Shown piece after piece: positions 1 to 10,212 of a stretch of 64,000 nt of DNA (positions within the stretch are counted from its first letter, which is position 1; each line of letters begins with the position of its first letter). Below the pieces are notes generated by a model. That model was not told the origin of the DNA. It searched no databases and saw nothing but the letters and a program-made list of their open reading frames with translations. The position numbers were made by a program, and so were the translations under genes. Location of the stretch: NCBI GenBank assembly GCA_036493895.1, contig DASXOZ010000070.1:38868-102867 (forward strand), written 5' to 3'. Source of the stretch: Candidatus Binatia bacterium. Lineage in GTDB: Bacteria; Desulfobacterota; Binatia; UBA1149; CAITLU01.

Positions 1-1463
1 ACCGCGACGATCACCGGCACCTCGGCGGCCTTCGCATGGTTGATGGCCTCGATCGTCTGCGGCATCACGCCGTCGTCGGCGGCGACCACCAGCACGACGA
101 TGTCGGTGACGCCTGCGCCGCGCGAGCGCATCGCGGTGAAGGCCGCGTGGCCCGGCGTATCGAGGAAGCAGATCGGTCCGATCTTCGACTCGACCATGTA
201 CGCACCGATGTGCTGGGTGATTCCACCCGACTCGCCGGCAACGACGTTCGCGTGGCGGATCGCATCCAGCAGCGAAGTCTTGCCGTGGTCGACGTGACCC
301 ATCACGGTGACGACCGGGGGCCGCGGCTCTCCTTCGCCCTCGGTGCCTTCGGTCTCGGTGATGTCGAGCAGATCCTCGACGTTGACCGCGGTGTTCTCGA
401 GCGTGTAGCCGAATTCCTCGGCCGCGATCGTCGCCGTGTCGACGTCGAGCACGTCGTTGACGGTTTTCATCGCGCCGAGCCGCATCAGCTTGGCGAGCAC
501 CTCGCCGGCCTTGACGCCCATCGCGCGCGCCAGCTCGGCCGCCGTCGTGCTCTCGTTGACACGCACGACGCGCTTGCTGGCCTTCGGAACCGTCAGCTCG
601 GTCTTGCGCAGCTTCTGGCCGGGGGAAGCCTTCTTCTTTCGCGGCCTGGCCTGGTGGGCCCTCTCGAGCGCGTCGAAGAGGTCTTCCTTGCGCACGACCT
701 TGCGCTTCTTCTTGCGACCCTTGTCGGCGTCCTCGCTTTCCTTGGGCGCAGCCTTGTCACCGGTCGGCGCAGCGGGCGTGGCCTGGGTTGCGGTCTTGGC
801 GGGAGTCGCCTTGCGCGTCAGGTCGATTCGCCCGAGCACACGCGGGCCGGTTCTCTTGACCGCACCTTCGACGACGGTTTCGGTCGCCGCCGGGGCCACG
901 GCTTGTTCGCTGAGCAGCACGTCGCTGTAGGCGTCCGTGATCCGCTGCGCTTCGTCGGCGGAAACCTTGTCCGAGTATTCTTCTTCTTCGTGAGGCGCTG
1001 CGGGCCCGGGCTGCCCGGCGAGCTCCGGCGACGCGGCTTCGGGCTCCGTCTCGGCGGGAGCCGGCTCGGCGATGTGTGCGGCCGATGCAGCAGCTTCTTC
1101 TTGCGGTGCCGGCGAAGCCGACGGCAGCGGCGCGATTGGCGGCTCCGCGAGAATCGCATCGGTCACCGAAGCCATCGATTCGGTGGCCACGCGACCGGAT
1201 GCGGCGTATCCGAACGGCGAGACGTCGAACATCGCCAGGGTCTCGGGAGCGACGTCGACCATCGTCGATACGCGGCGATTGCCGATACCGAGCGTCTGGG
1301 CCGGGCTGGCGGTCGCGGCGCCTTCCTCGTCCGACTTGCGGCGGACGCGCCGGATCACGACGGACGGCGCCGCGGCGGGCTTCGCCGGGGCTGTCTTGGC
1401 GGCCTGGGGACCGCCTCGTGCCGGTGTCTTTGCTCTGTCGCTGCCTGTTCGAGTCTCTGCCAT
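1..1463 (-). CDS. infB: Translation initiation factor IF-2, N-terminal ~487 aa; the C-terminus runs off the window start
   Basis: Reverse-strand translation gives an IF-2 N-terminal region and the start of the G domain ([29 protein letters not shown]). ATG at ~1463 is preceded by GAAGGA. Position is downstream of nusA-ylxR. Confidence 0.9.
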   Translation of the reverse strand, partial: MAETRTGSDRAKTPARGGPQAAKTAPAKPAAAPSVVIRRVRRKSDEEGAATASPAQTLGIGNRRVSTMVDVAPETLAMFDVSPFGYAASGRVATESMASVTDAILAEPPIAPLPSASPAPQEEAAASAAHIAEPAPAETEPEAASPELAGQPGPAAPHEEEEYSDKVSADEAQRITDAYSDVLLSEQAVAPAATETVVEGAVKRTGPRVLGRIDLTRKATPAKTATQATPAAPTGDKAAPKESEDADKGRKKKRKVVRKEDLFDALERAHQARPRKKKASPGQKLRKTELTVPKASKRVVRVNESTTAAELARAMGVKAGEVLAKLMRLGAMKTVNDVLDVDTATIAAEEFGYTLENTAVNVEDLLDITETEGTEGEGEPRPPVVTVMGHVDHGKTSLLDAIRHANVVAGESGGITQHIGAYMVESKIGPICFLDTPGHAAFTAMRSRGAGVTDIVVLVVAADDGVMPQTIEAINHAKAAEVPVIVA

Positions 1464-1495
1464 ACGTCCTTCTGCTTCCTTCGCCTCGCCGGGCC

Positions 1496-1798
1496 TCAGG
1501 CGTTGCTGCCGGCCAGTTCGCCGAGCGATTGTTCGAGCCTGCGCACGAGATCCGTGCGCGCGTCACGGTCGAGCTGCAGGCGAAGCGACCGCACGATTCC
1601 CCTGCTCTTGGCAAGGGCTGCGACACACTCGCCCCGCAGGTGCACGTACGCGCTGCGCCCCGTTCCGCTGCGACCGGACTGCCGCACGCAGCCGGCATCG
1701 TCCGCGCGCAGCCGCAGCAGGCGTTGCTGCGAATCTCGCGCCATGCAGCCGACGCAGGTTCGCGTCGGCGTGCTTCGTACTGGAGACGCTTGCGTCAC
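1496..1798 (-). CDS. ylxR: YlxR/DUF448 family protein of the nusA-infB operon
   Basis: 100-aa ORF with an RTCVGC motif, lying between nusA and infB. Confidence 0.8.
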   Translation of the reverse strand: MTQASPVRSTPTRTCVGCMARDSQQRLLRLRADDAGCVRQSGRSGTGRSAYVHLRGECVAALAKSRGIVRSLRLQLDRDARTDLVRRLEQSLGELAGSNA

Positions 1799-3201
1799 GC
1801 TCCCTCGCCTGGCTGCGCGTCGGTGCCCGCCTCAGTCTCCGTCGCAGTCGCGGCTGCGGCCGCGGCTGCCTCGGCAGCTGCCGCAGCGGCTGCCCGCGCA
1901 AGCACGGCTTCGGCCGCTTCGGAGACGGCGCTGGTGATGCGGCGCACGATCTTCTCGCGGCGCTCGAGGCGGTCGGCGATGCGTGCGGCCTCGATCAGCG
2001 GCATGGCCTCTTCGCTGGTGCACTCGAGCACCTCGGCGATGTCTTCCGGCTTGCTGTTCGCCAGCTCGCCGGCCGACTTGTAGCCGTCGGCCAGAAGCAG
2101 CTCGGCGCGAAGGTCGGAGAGCCCTTCCACGCGGCGCAGCGAAAGGCGCGATTCCCTCTGCCAGCGCTCGTACTCGCTGTCGCTGTGCACGTCGAGCTTC
2201 CAGCGGGTCAGCTTGCCGGCCAGGCGCACGTTCTGTCCCTTGCGTCCGATCGCGAGCGAGAGCTGGTCGTCGGGCACGATCACTTCCATCGAGTGGTCGG
2301 CCTCGTCGATCACGATGCGCGATACCTTGGCAGGCGACAGCGCGCGGCAGACGAACTCGGTCTCGTCCGGCGTCCACGGCACGATGTCGATGCGCTCGCC
2401 GCGCAGCTCCTGGACGACGGCCTGGACGCGGCTTCCGCGCATGCCGACGCAGGCACCGACCGGGTCGACGTCGCTGTCGTTGGAGACGACGGCGATCTTG
2501 GCGCGGCCGCCGGGCTCGCGCACGACGTCCTTGATCTCGACGATGCCTTCGTAAACCTCGGGCACTTCCTGCTCGAACAGCTTGCTGACAAGAGCCGGGT
2601 TGGTGCGAGACAGCACGATCTGGGGCCCGCGGGCGTTCTCGTCGACGCGCAGCACCAGCGCGCGGATGCGGTCGCCCTGGCGGTAGCGCTCGCGCGGGAT
2701 CTGCTCGCGCTCGGGCAGGATCGCGTCGACGTTGGGACGAAGCTGCACGATCAGGTTGCGCTTCTCGAAGCGCATGACGACGCCGGACTGGATCGTCCCC
2801 TCGTGCTGCTTGTACTCGCTGTAGATCATCGCGCGCTCGTGCTCTCGCACCTTCTGCACGATGTTCTGCTTGGCGGCCTGGGCCGCGATGCGCGAATCGG
2901 GCGGATCGAGCTTGGTCAGCAGCTCGTCGCCGATCTGGCACTCGGGATCGAACTGGGCCCGCGCCGATTCGAGGTCGATTTCGACGGCCGGGTTCTCGAT
3001 CTCGCCGACGACCGTCTGGATCTTGAACAGGTCAATTTCGCCGGTGGCAGGGTCGAACTTGGCCTCGACGTTGATGTCCGCGCCGTGGGTCTTCTTGGCG
3101 GCAGACTTCATCGCCTCCTCGATCGTCTCGATGACGAGAGCGCGATCGATGCCTTTTTCCTTGCTGACCTGGTCGATGACCCGGAGGAACTCCGATTGCA
3201 T
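1795..3201 (-). CDS. nusA: Transcription termination/antitermination factor NusA
   Basis: S1 and KH domain sequence (GACVGMRGSRVQAVV, LAIGRKGQNVRLA). The stop overlaps the ylxR start by ATGA. Confidence 0.95.
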   Translation of the reverse strand: MQSEFLRVIDQVSKEKGIDRALVIETIEEAMKSAAKKTHGADINVEAKFDPATGEIDLFKIQTVVGEIENPAVEIDLESARAQFDPECQIGDELLTKLDPPDSRIAAQAAKQNIVQKVREHERAMIYSEYKQHEGTIQSGVVMRFEKRNLIVQLRPNVDAILPEREQIPRERYRQGDRIRALVLRVDENARGPQIVLSRTNPALVSKLFEQEVPEVYEGIVEIKDVVREPGGRAKIAVVSNDSDVDPVGACVGMRGSRVQAVVQELRGERIDIVPWTPDETEFVCRALSPAKVSRIVIDEADHSMEVIVPDDQLSLAIGRKGQNVRLAGKLTRWKLDVHSDSEYERWQRESRLSLRRVEGLSDLRAELLLADGYKSAGELANSKPEDIAEVLECTSEEAMPLIEAARIADRLERREKIVRRITSAVSEAAEAVLARAAAAAAAEAAAAAAATATETEAGTDAQPGEGA

Positions 3202-3225
3202 TTTCTTTCCTCTCCGTGCCGCGCT

Positions 3226-3738
3226 TCAGCGCTTCTTCTTTTTCTTCGCGCCGCCGCTTTCGAACTCGAACTCGAGATTGGCCCGCTCGATGTCCCCGAG
3301 CGCGATCCTCGCGGTCACGCCGCTCTCGTCGGCGACCGTGACACCGGCGTCGTCGGCTTCCTCGAGGCGGCCGAGCCAGGTGCGCCGCCCGTCGACGGCC
3401 GCATGCTTGGTCCGGACGCGAACCTTGCGCCCGAGCACCCGCTGGAAGTGCTCGGGCCTCTTCAGCGGCCGGTTCAGCCCCGGCGAGGAGACCTCGAGCA
3501 TGTAGCGGCCGTGGAGCACGTCGTAGGCATCCAGCCCGTCCCCGAGGCGCTCGCTGATGGCCCTGCAGTCGTCGATGCCGATCGGCCGCGACTCCTGCGG
3601 ACTGTCGAGCAGCACCCGCACGAGAGGACTCGAACCGCTGCCGGAGATCTCGACGTCGAGGACCTCGAGGCCGTGCTCGGCGGCGATCGGTTCGGCGATC
3701 GCCACGATCCGCGAGACCCTGGAGACGTCGCTTGCCAT
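3226..3738 (-). CDS. rimP: Ribosome maturation factor RimP
   Basis: RimP-like sequence (LEVLDVEI..LVRVLLD..LEVSSPGLNRPL). Start chosen at the internal Met (MASDVSRV) of the track ORF 3226..3801. Confidence 0.8.
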   Translation of the reverse strand: MASDVSRVSRIVAIAEPIAAEHGLEVLDVEISGSGSSPLVRVLLDSPQESRPIGIDDCRAISERLGDGLDAYDVLHGRYMLEVSSPGLNRPLKRPEHFQRVLGRKVRVRTKHAAVDGRRTWLGRLEEADDAGVTVADESGVTARIALGDIERANLEFEFESGGAKKKKKR

Positions 3739-3790
3739 TTCGCTTGCCGCCCGCTCGCCGCTGCGAGTCTCGCGGCTCCACCTTGCCGGG

Positions 3791-3828
3791 GCCACAAACA
3801 AAAAGAGGCGGGCGACGGGCCCACCTCC
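3791..3828 (-). terminator. Rho-independent terminator or attenuator hairpin followed by a U-run
   Basis: Minus-strand RNA folds as GAGGUGGGC-ccguc-GCCCGCCUC followed by UUUUUGUUUGUGG. It lies ~130 nt after the greA stop and ~50 nt ahead of the rimP start. Confidence 0.45.
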
Positions 3829-3955
3829 GCAATGCCCCGAACTAACCGGGGTCTAGTAACACGGCCGGGGTCCAGCCGCAAGGTCGCGGACCCCCTGCGG
3901 AGTCGCCGCCAAGGCGCACCCCGATCGACCCGGACAGCGTGCTTTGCGCGGCCTG

Positions 3956-4438
3956 CTAGGCCTGCTCGCCGCGCTCGTGGATCGTGGTCACGCCGGTCAG
4001 CTGGAACTTCTTTCGCCCGGCGGGAAGCTGGATGCTGACCTCGTCGCCCTCGACGCGCTTGAGAAGAGCCTGGCCGATGGGAGACGTCAGCGAGATCTTG
4101 CCGGCCGTAAGGTCGACCTCCTCGGCGAACACCATCTCGTAAGTCACGCTCTCTCCGCTGTCGAGGTCTTCGAGCTCGACGATGCTGCCGTACCCGACGA
4201 CACCCTTCGGGATCGACGACATGTTGTACATCGACAGATCCTTGATACGCGCCTCGAGGTTGCCGACGCGGGCGCTGACCATGCCCTGCTTCTCCTTGGC
4301 GGCATGGTACTCAGCGTTTTCCTTGAGGTCGCCGTGCGCGCGCGCTTCTTCGATGATTTTCGGCAGCTCGATGTTGAGCTCGCGGCGCAGCGTGGCCAGC
4401 TCGGCCTGAAGGCGTTCGACGATCTTCAGCTTCTGCAT
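3956..4438 (-). CDS. greA: Transcription elongation factor GreA
   Basis: 160 aa with a GreA C-terminal domain (GDLKENAEYHAAKE..). Confidence 0.9.
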   Translation of the reverse strand: MQKLKIVERLQAELATLRRELNIELPKIIEEARAHGDLKENAEYHAAKEKQGMVSARVGNLEARIKDLSMYNMSSIPKGVVGYGSIVELEDLDSGESVTYEMVFAEEVDLTAGKISLTSPIGQALLKRVEGDEVSIQLPAGRKKFQLTGVTTIHERGEQA

Positions 4439-4476
4439 GGGAGTTCCTGTGCCGGCGCCTCGGCGCCGCGGCCGGC

Positions 4477-4911
4477 TCAGCCGGCCAGTATGTCGCGGGC
4501 CAGGGTGCTGGCCGTCTTGCCGTCGTAGCGTCCGGCGTGGCGTTCTCCAAGGAGCTTCATCACCGGCCCGAGCGAGGTCGCACCGGTCTCGGTGACGATC
4601 GCGCGAATGGCCCCGCGCAGCTCGTCCTCGCTCATCGCGTTCGGCAGCAGGCCTTCGAGTACCGCGAGCAGCTCCTCGTGTTCGGCGACCTGGTCGGCGC
4701 GGTCGGCCTTGCGGGCAAAGTCCAGCGTCTCACGACACTGCTTGACCTCGCGCTGGATGAGCGCCGTCACGTCCCGCTCGGAAAGCTCGCCGCGCACCTC
4801 GATCATGCGGTTCTTGACGAGCGCGAGCACGGCGCGCAGCGCCCGCACGCGCATCGCGTCCTTCGCACGCATCGCAGCGGTCAGCCCCTCGCGCAGATCT
4901 TTCTCGTTCAT
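4477..4911 (-). CDS. GatB/YqeY domain protein
   Basis: 144 aa with YqeY-like sequence (LTAAMRAKD..VKNRMIE..). Confidence 0.7.
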   Translation of the reverse strand: MNEKDLREGLTAAMRAKDAMRVRALRAVLALVKNRMIEVRGELSERDVTALIQREVKQCRETLDFARKADRADQVAEHEELLAVLEGLLPNAMSEDELRGAIRAIVTETGATSLGPVMKLLGERHAGRYDGKTASTLARDILAG

Positions 4912-4956
4912 CGTTCTTCTCTCACGACGTTCGCACCGCTTCCGGTCAGGCTGCGT

Positions 4957-7608
4957 TCATTCGCGCGCTGCTGCCTGGTGCAGCATGAGGCTTGCCTCCA
5001 GCGACAGCACCAAGGCCTCGAGTCCGTCCCAGCCCGCACCGCGCACGGTGCGCCGCTCGCGTCCGCTGCGGCCGCGCGCCTCGTGCTTGACGAAGCCCAT
5101 TTCGGCGAGACGGTCGAGCCCGTTGCGCAGCATCACGTCGCTGGCGCCCTCGGACTTGGTGACCTCGCCGAGCAGCAGGCAGGTCTTGTAGTCCTTGCGG
5201 GCCTCCTCGAGCAAAGCCTTCTGCGTCATCCCGTCCGGGCCGAGCCGGTGCAGGCACGCCAGTGCCATGACGTAGTACGCCTCGCGAAAATTCTGCAGCA
5301 CGCCCGAAAGCGCCGCGACCAGCGGATCGCCGGCATCCATCTCGCCGTCGCGCAGCGCACCGACTTCCTCGAGGTACGTGAAAAGGCGGTCCACCTGTCC
5401 GGCCAACTCGTTCTTTGACGGCAGCGGGAATTCGTACCGGAACAGGTCGAGCCACCACCAGACGCGGTCGATCAATTGTCCGAGCGGCACCTTTTCGCGC
5501 AGGCAGGTGACGACGAGCGACGGAACGAGAAACGCGTGGATCAGGTTGTTCTTGTAGAAGTCGAGCGCAAGGCGCCGGCCCTGGCGCACGACGAGCACTT
5601 CTTCGCGCCCGCGCGGCAGCACCTCGATGAGGCCGTTGGAGCTGAGAAAGCCCATGCTCTCGCGGAAAGTCCCGACGTTGCGCGACAGCGATGCCGTCGG
5701 CCGGATGCCGAGGAACGAAACCAGGCGCGCCAGCGCATTGGCCCGGTCGCGGAAGTCGCGGTAGCGGAAGCCCCAGTGCGGGGCGCCGAGCAGCACGGTG
5801 GCCGATACCGAAGTCGCGCCGGCCACTGCCGATGAGTTGACGTCGCGCAGGATGCGGAATCCGAGGCGCTGGATGAAGCGCCTCTTCTCCTCCTCGACCT
5901 CCGCGCTGGGGTTGTCTTCGCCAAAGCGCTGCCTGCGATCTGCGAGCTCGTCGCTGAGCGAGATCGGCTGCGCGAACGAGACGTACACCGAGCCGTACTT
6001 CTGCTTGAGGAAACGGCGCGCGCGCATCAGCCCCGACATGCTCTCGGGCTCTTTCTCCGCGCCGGCCAGCTCGGCCTGGTACGTCTCCTCCTCGACGATG
6101 CGGCCGTAGTGGATCGAGACCGGCACGAGGTACAGGTCGCGCCGCACGCCGGCGATGTACGCATTGATGATGGACGTCAGCATGCCGAGCTTCGGCGTCA
6201 TGATCTTGCCGGTGCGGCTGCGTCCGCCTTCGATGAAGAACTCCTGCGTGTAGCCTTCGCGGATCAGGTATTGGAGGTAGCGGGCGAAGACGTGCTTGTA
6301 GAGCTCGTCGTCGCCGAAACTGCGGCGGATGAAGTACGCGCCGCTCGACCGGAAGATGTAGCCCATCGGGCCGAAGCCCATGTTTTCGCCCGCGGCGATG
6401 TGCGGCGGGCTGACGAAGTTCAGGTGGAACAGGTACGACAGGATCAGGTAGTCGAGGTGGCTGCGATGGCACGGCACCATGACGATCGGATGGTGCTTGG
6501 CCTTCTCGATCACCGTCTCGAAGCCGATCGTCTCCAGACCCTGGAACATGCGGTGCCAGATCTTGATGAAGCACCACGAGACGATCGCAAAGATGAAGCT
6601 GTTGTACTCCGCCGCCATCTCGTCGAAGATTTTCTCGGCGCGCTTGCGGACCTTGGCCTCGGCCAGGCCGTGCTCGGCGGCGTAGCTCGCGAGGAACAGT
6701 CGCGTTTCCTCGTTGCCGAACAGGATCGACTTGATCTTGCGCCGCGACATCAGCGCCGGCCCCATCACGACCCTCTCCTCGCGGTAGAGGAAGATCTGGA
6801 TGGCGCGGGTCAGGCGCTTGGACAGGCGGTCTTCGCCGTCTCGCGCGTAGCGCTGCACGAACTCGCGCAGGCTGACCTCGGTGCCGACGGTGAGGAAGAG
6901 GTCCTTGCGGAAGAACCAGTACGTCAGCAGCTTGCGCCACTCGCTGACCACTTCGTGGGCGTTGTAGACGATCGCCGAAAGGCCGGCGTCGCGGCGGCGG
7001 AAGCTGTGGCCGCGAAACGGCGCCAGCGGCACGATGAACGTCTCGCGCCCGTCGCGCATGCGCAGGATGCGACGCAGGTATTCGCTGCCGGCCCTTGCGG
7101 CCGCTTCGTGCTCGGCGGCGCTCGCGCCGCCTTCGCGCGGCCCTCTCATGAACACCAGGACCGGCTGCCCGGCAGCGACGGCCGCAGCGAAGCTCTCGAG
7201 GTCCGACGGCGGTGCCGGAGCCGGCTGCTTCTCCCGGCGCCGCGCGCGCCAGTTCCTCAGCATGTCGCCGAACGGCGCCAGCGCCCACGGCGACATCCCG
7301 TTCGCGAAGACCGGCAGCGGCAGGTCCTCGCGGCGCAGGATGAAGTTGATCATGAAGTAGTCGACGAAGCTGTGGTGGCGCAGCACGTAGATGATGGTGC
7401 CGCGCTCGGCGAGGTCACGGATCTTCTCGACGAGCCGCTCGTTGACGACGGCGCGGCCGAACAGGCGGCGGCCGATGAATTCGGCGATGCGGTTCATGCG
7501 GCGTCGCATCGCCGAAGGATGCGGCGCGGGCGGCGCAGCGGGAGGCATCGCCTCGTTCGCCGGCGTCTCGACTTCGAACGGGGCGATCGTGGGACTCGTC
7601 GCGCTCAC
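4957..7608 (-). CDS. plsB: Glycerol-3-phosphate acyltransferase (PlsB-type GPAT)
   Basis: GPAT blocks VPCHRSHLDYLILSY, FFIRRSF and FIEGGRSRTGK. GTG start at 7608 overlaps the upstream stop by GTGA. Confidence 0.85.
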   Translation of the reverse strand: MSATSPTIAPFEVETPANEAMPPAAPPAPHPSAMRRRMNRIAEFIGRRLFGRAVVNERLVEKIRDLAERGTIIYVLRHHSFVDYFMINFILRREDLPLPVFANGMSPWALAPFGDMLRNWRARRREKQPAPAPPSDLESFAAAVAAGQPVLVFMRGPREGGASAAEHEAAARAGSEYLRRILRMRDGRETFIVPLAPFRGHSFRRRDAGLSAIVYNAHEVVSEWRKLLTYWFFRKDLFLTVGTEVSLREFVQRYARDGEDRLSKRLTRAIQIFLYREERVVMGPALMSRRKIKSILFGNEETRLFLASYAAEHGLAEAKVRKRAEKIFDEMAAEYNSFIFAIVSWCFIKIWHRMFQGLETIGFETVIEKAKHHPIVMVPCHRSHLDYLILSYLFHLNFVSPPHIAAGENMGFGPMGYIFRSSGAYFIRRSFGDDELYKHVFARYLQYLIREGYTQEFFIEGGRSRTGKIMTPKLGMLTSIINAYIAGVRRDLYLVPVSIHYGRIVEEETYQAELAGAEKEPESMSGLMRARRFLKQKYGSVYVSFAQPISLSDELADRRQRFGEDNPSAEVEEEKRRFIQRLGFRILRDVNSSAVAGATSVSATVLLGAPHWGFRYRDFRDRANALARLVSFLGIRPTASLSRNVGTFRESMGFLSSNGLIEVLPRGREEVLVVRQGRRLALDFYKNNLIHAFLVPSLVVTCLREKVPLGQLIDRVWWWLDLFRYEFPLPSKNELAGQVDRLFTYLEEVGALRDGEMDAGDPLVAALSGVLQNFREAYYVMALACLHRLGPDGMTQKALLEEARKDYKTCLLLGEVTKSEGASDVMLRNGLDRLAEMGFVKHEARGRSGRERRTVRGAGWDGLEALVLSLEASLMLHQAAARE

Positions 7609-8660
7609 CGCAACTCTCCGAGACCCGCTTCTGCCAGCCGTGCCACCACGCTGCGAAGATCCTGGCAGCGCTCCCTGGCGCAGACCATCAACGCGTCGCC
7701 GGCATCGACGACGACGAGGTTGTCGACGCCGAGAAGAACGACCGGCTTGCCGCCGCTGGCGACGATGTTGGAGCCCGAATCGAGTGCCAGCAGGGGGTCG
7801 CGAGTCGCATTCGCGTTTCTGTCGGCCGGCCACAGCTCGGCCACGGAGTCCCAGCTTCCGATGTCCGACCAGGAAAACGACGCCGGGACCATCGCGACGC
7901 GGCGGCTCTTCTCGAGCACGCCGTAGTCGATCGAAATGGCAGGAAGCTCCCCGTAGATGCGATCGAGCGCCTTGGCCGGAATGCTTCGGCCACGCCTGGT
8001 GGCCTCCAGCCTGGCCAGCCCGGAGGCAAGCTCGGGAAGGTTGCCGGCAATCTCCTCGAGGATCACGTCGGCGCGCCAAGCGAAGATCCCGCAATTCCAG
8101 TAATAGTTCGAGTTGGCGACGTAACGCCTCGCCACGGCTGCTTTTGGCTTCTCGACGAAGGCGTCCACCTCGCGCGCGCCCGCGGCCCCGCGAACGGCGG
8201 CTCCGGCTCGAATGTAACCGTATCCGGTCGCCGGCGATTCGGGGCGAATGCCGAACGTGACGAGGCGGCGCGTGCGATCGGCCACCTCCAGCGCCTTTGC
8301 GAGATCCCCGCCGAAGGCCCCGCTGCGGCCACCGATCCGGTGGTCGGCAGATAGCACCGCCATGACGGCATCGGGACAGCGACGGCGGATTTCGGTTGCC
8401 GCCCACCCGATGCAGGCGGCCGTATTGCGCCCGACGGGCTCGGCCAGGATGCAGTCCTTCGCGATGCGCGGAAGCTCGCCGGCCACCTGGCGCCGATAGC
8501 GGCGGCTCGTGACGACGACGATGTTCGACGGCGGCACGACCCCCTTCAGGCGGGAAACGGTTTCGGCCAGCATCGACGTGGAAGACGTCAGTGCGAGAAG
8601 CTGCTTCGGTTTTGCCTCGCGACTCCACGGCCAGAAGCGGGTTCCGGAGCCGCCGGCCAT
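7605..8660 (-). CDS. Mannose-1-phosphate guanylyltransferase (GDP-mannose pyrophosphorylase)
   Basis: MAGGSGTRFWP N-terminal motif and nucleotidyltransferase fold. Start placed at Met 150 of the track ORF 7605..9107. Confidence 0.8.
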   Translation of the reverse strand: MAGGSGTRFWPWSREAKPKQLLALTSSTSMLAETVSRLKGVVPPSNIVVVTSRRYRRQVAGELPRIAKDCILAEPVGRNTAACIGWAATEIRRRCPDAVMAVLSADHRIGGRSGAFGGDLAKALEVADRTRRLVTFGIRPESPATGYGYIRAGAAVRGAAGAREVDAFVEKPKAAVARRYVANSNYYWNCGIFAWRADVILEEIAGNLPELASGLARLEATRRGRSIPAKALDRIYGELPAISIDYGVLEKSRRVAMVPASFSWSDIGSWDSVAELWPADRNANATRDPLLALDSGSNIVASGGKPVVLLGVDNLVVVDAGDALMVCARERCQDLRSVVARLAEAGLGELR

Positions 8661-8832
8661 GATGACAGCGAAGCGCCGCCGCCGATCCACGCCGCTGCGA
8701 CGCGGGGCCCGAGAGGCCCCGGCCGGGACTTTCCTGCCATTTGTCACGGAGCGTCGATCCTCAACGTCCAGGGTCCGAAAAGCAAGCCGCCGGGCGTTGC
8801 CTCGCCGCCGCACGCTGCGTAGCGTCGAAGGG

Positions 8833-9750
8833 GTGAACGAAACGCCTTTTCGCTTTGTCGTCGCGCGCGGGGCCGAGCGCATCGACCGCCTCGTCGCAAC
8901 GTCGACGGGATCGAGTCGTCGCACCGTGCGCGAATGGCTCGCCGCCGGCTGCGTGCGAATCGACGGGCGCGTCGCTGCAGCGGCCGACCGGCCGCCGGCG
9001 GGAGCGCAGGTGACCATCGACGAAGTCGCGCAGGCGGCGCAGCCGGCGGGGCACCTGCCCGCCCCGCGAGTGCTGATCGAGTCGGAAGACTGGACGGCGA
9101 TCGCCAAACCGGCGGGCCTTCACTGCGAGCGCGGCAGATCCGCGGGAACCGTCGCCGATTTCCTGGAGTCACGCTACGGCGACCTGCGCTCGGTCGGCGA
9201 GCGCGCGGACGAGGCCGGCCTCGTCCATCGCATCGACCGGGATACCTCCGGTGTCGTCGTTGCTGCGCGAACTGCGGAGGTCTACCGGCGCCTGCGCGCC
9301 GCGTTCGGTGAAGACCGCGCGCGCAAGCAGTACCTCGCGCTGGCCTGCGGCAAGCTGGCCAGGCCGGTGACGATCGACGCGCCGCTCGCGCGCCGTGCGA
9401 CGCGCATGGTGGTCGCCGGCCGGCACGACGAAGCCATCGCCGCCTCGACGCGGGTCGTGCCGCTCGAATCCGGCGACGGCTGGTGCCTGGTCGAAGCCTC
9501 GATGCGGACGGGTGCGATGCACCAGGTGCGAGTGCACCTTGCATGGCGGGGCCTGCCGCTGTTCGGAGATACGCTCTACGGTGGACCCGAGCTGCCGGGC
9601 TGCCGGCGCCAGGGCCAGCTACTTCACGCCATGCGCGTGGAGATCGAAGGAGAGCTCGACGTCGCGGCCGCAGCACCCGACGACTTCGTGCATGCGCTGG
9701 CGATCGTGCGCGGCGCAGCCGGCCGCGGCGCGGTCACTTCTTCTTCTTGA
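8833..9750 (+). CDS. RluA-family pseudouridine synthase (RluD-like, with an S4 domain)
   Basis: Catalytic HRIDRDTSGV motif with an N-terminal S4-like segment. GTG start at Val 109 of the track ORF. Confidence 0.8.
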   Translation: MNETPFRFVVARGAERIDRLVATSTGSSRRTVREWLAAGCVRIDGRVAAAADRPPAGAQVTIDEVAQAAQPAGHLPAPRVLIESEDWTAIAKPAGLHCERGRSAGTVADFLESRYGDLRSVGERADEAGLVHRIDRDTSGVVVAARTAEVYRRLRAAFGEDRARKQYLALACGKLARPVTIDAPLARRATRMVVAGRHDEAIAASTRVVPLESGDGWCLVEASMRTGAMHQVRVHLAWRGLPLFGDTLYGGPELPGCRRQGQLLHAMRVEIEGELDVAAAAPDDFVHALAIVRGAAGRGAVTSSS

Positions 9751-10204
9751 GAGGTGCGGCGCCCTTGGCCGCGGGCCGCGGGCGGGGAGCCGACTTTTTC
9801 TTGGAGGGCGCCGCCGCCGGCGCCTCCGGCTTTGCCGGCGCCGGCTTCCTCAGCGCCGTCTTGGCCGCCTCGGTCGCCAGCTTCGCGCAAGGATTGCAGG
9901 TGTTGGTCTTGTTGTCGGCATCCTCGACGAGCCCCTCGTCGAGATTGTGGCAGACCTTCTTGCAGCGATGGCAGACGAAGTAGATGCCCTCGAGCGTCTT
10001 GTTGATGCGCTCGCGGTTGAGGATGCGACCGGCGAGCTTCTGCACCCGTATGCCGAGAAGCTCGACGTACTGGTGCTTGATCTTCGCGCGTCCGGCTTCG
10101 TCGCGTGGAAGATCTTCCTCGGCGTCGACGTCGGCGGCGTCGGAGTCGTCGAACAGACTGAACTCGCCGTTGGTCGACGCGCCTTTCTTCTTGGCGCGCC
10201 CCAC
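9734..10204 (-). CDS. C4 zinc-ribbon protein with an acidic patch and a Lys/Ala/Pro-rich histone-H1-like C-terminal tail
   Basis: Two Cys pairs form a zinc ribbon (CHRC..CNPC). The tail reads KPAPAKPEAPAAAPSKKKSAPRPRPAAKGAAPLKKKK. Putative GTG start lies 8 nt after the stop of the upstream small ORF. Confidence 0.5.
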   Translation of the reverse strand: MGRAKKKGASTNGEFSLFDDSDAADVDAEEDLPRDEAGRAKIKHQYVELLGIRVQKLAGRILNRERINKTLEGIYFVCHRCKKVCHNLDEGLVEDADNKTNTCNPCAKLATEAAKTALRKPAPAKPEAPAAAPSKKKSAPRPRPAAKGAAPLKKKK

Positions 10205-10212
10205 GAATTTTC

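Noticed and set aside
3739-3955. Expected tRNA (metY-like) upstream of rimP-nusA-infB
   Set aside because: No cloverleaf-compatible sequence (acceptor, T-loop GTTCRANYC) could be found. The region holds only a hairpin plus U-run.
36-4038. 633-aa and 988-aa plus-strand ORFs and the 313-aa minus-strand ORF over infB/nusA
   Set aside because: They are antisense or off-frame to the unmistakable IF-2 and NusA sequences. Their translations are Arg/Gly-rich low-complexity.
4946-8628. 780-aa ORF and the N-terminal 340 aa of the 1223-aa track ORF
   Set aside because: The PlsB homology starts at the GTG at 7608. Upstream, the same frame merely reads through the guanylyltransferase gene, which is encoded in another frame (7605..8660).
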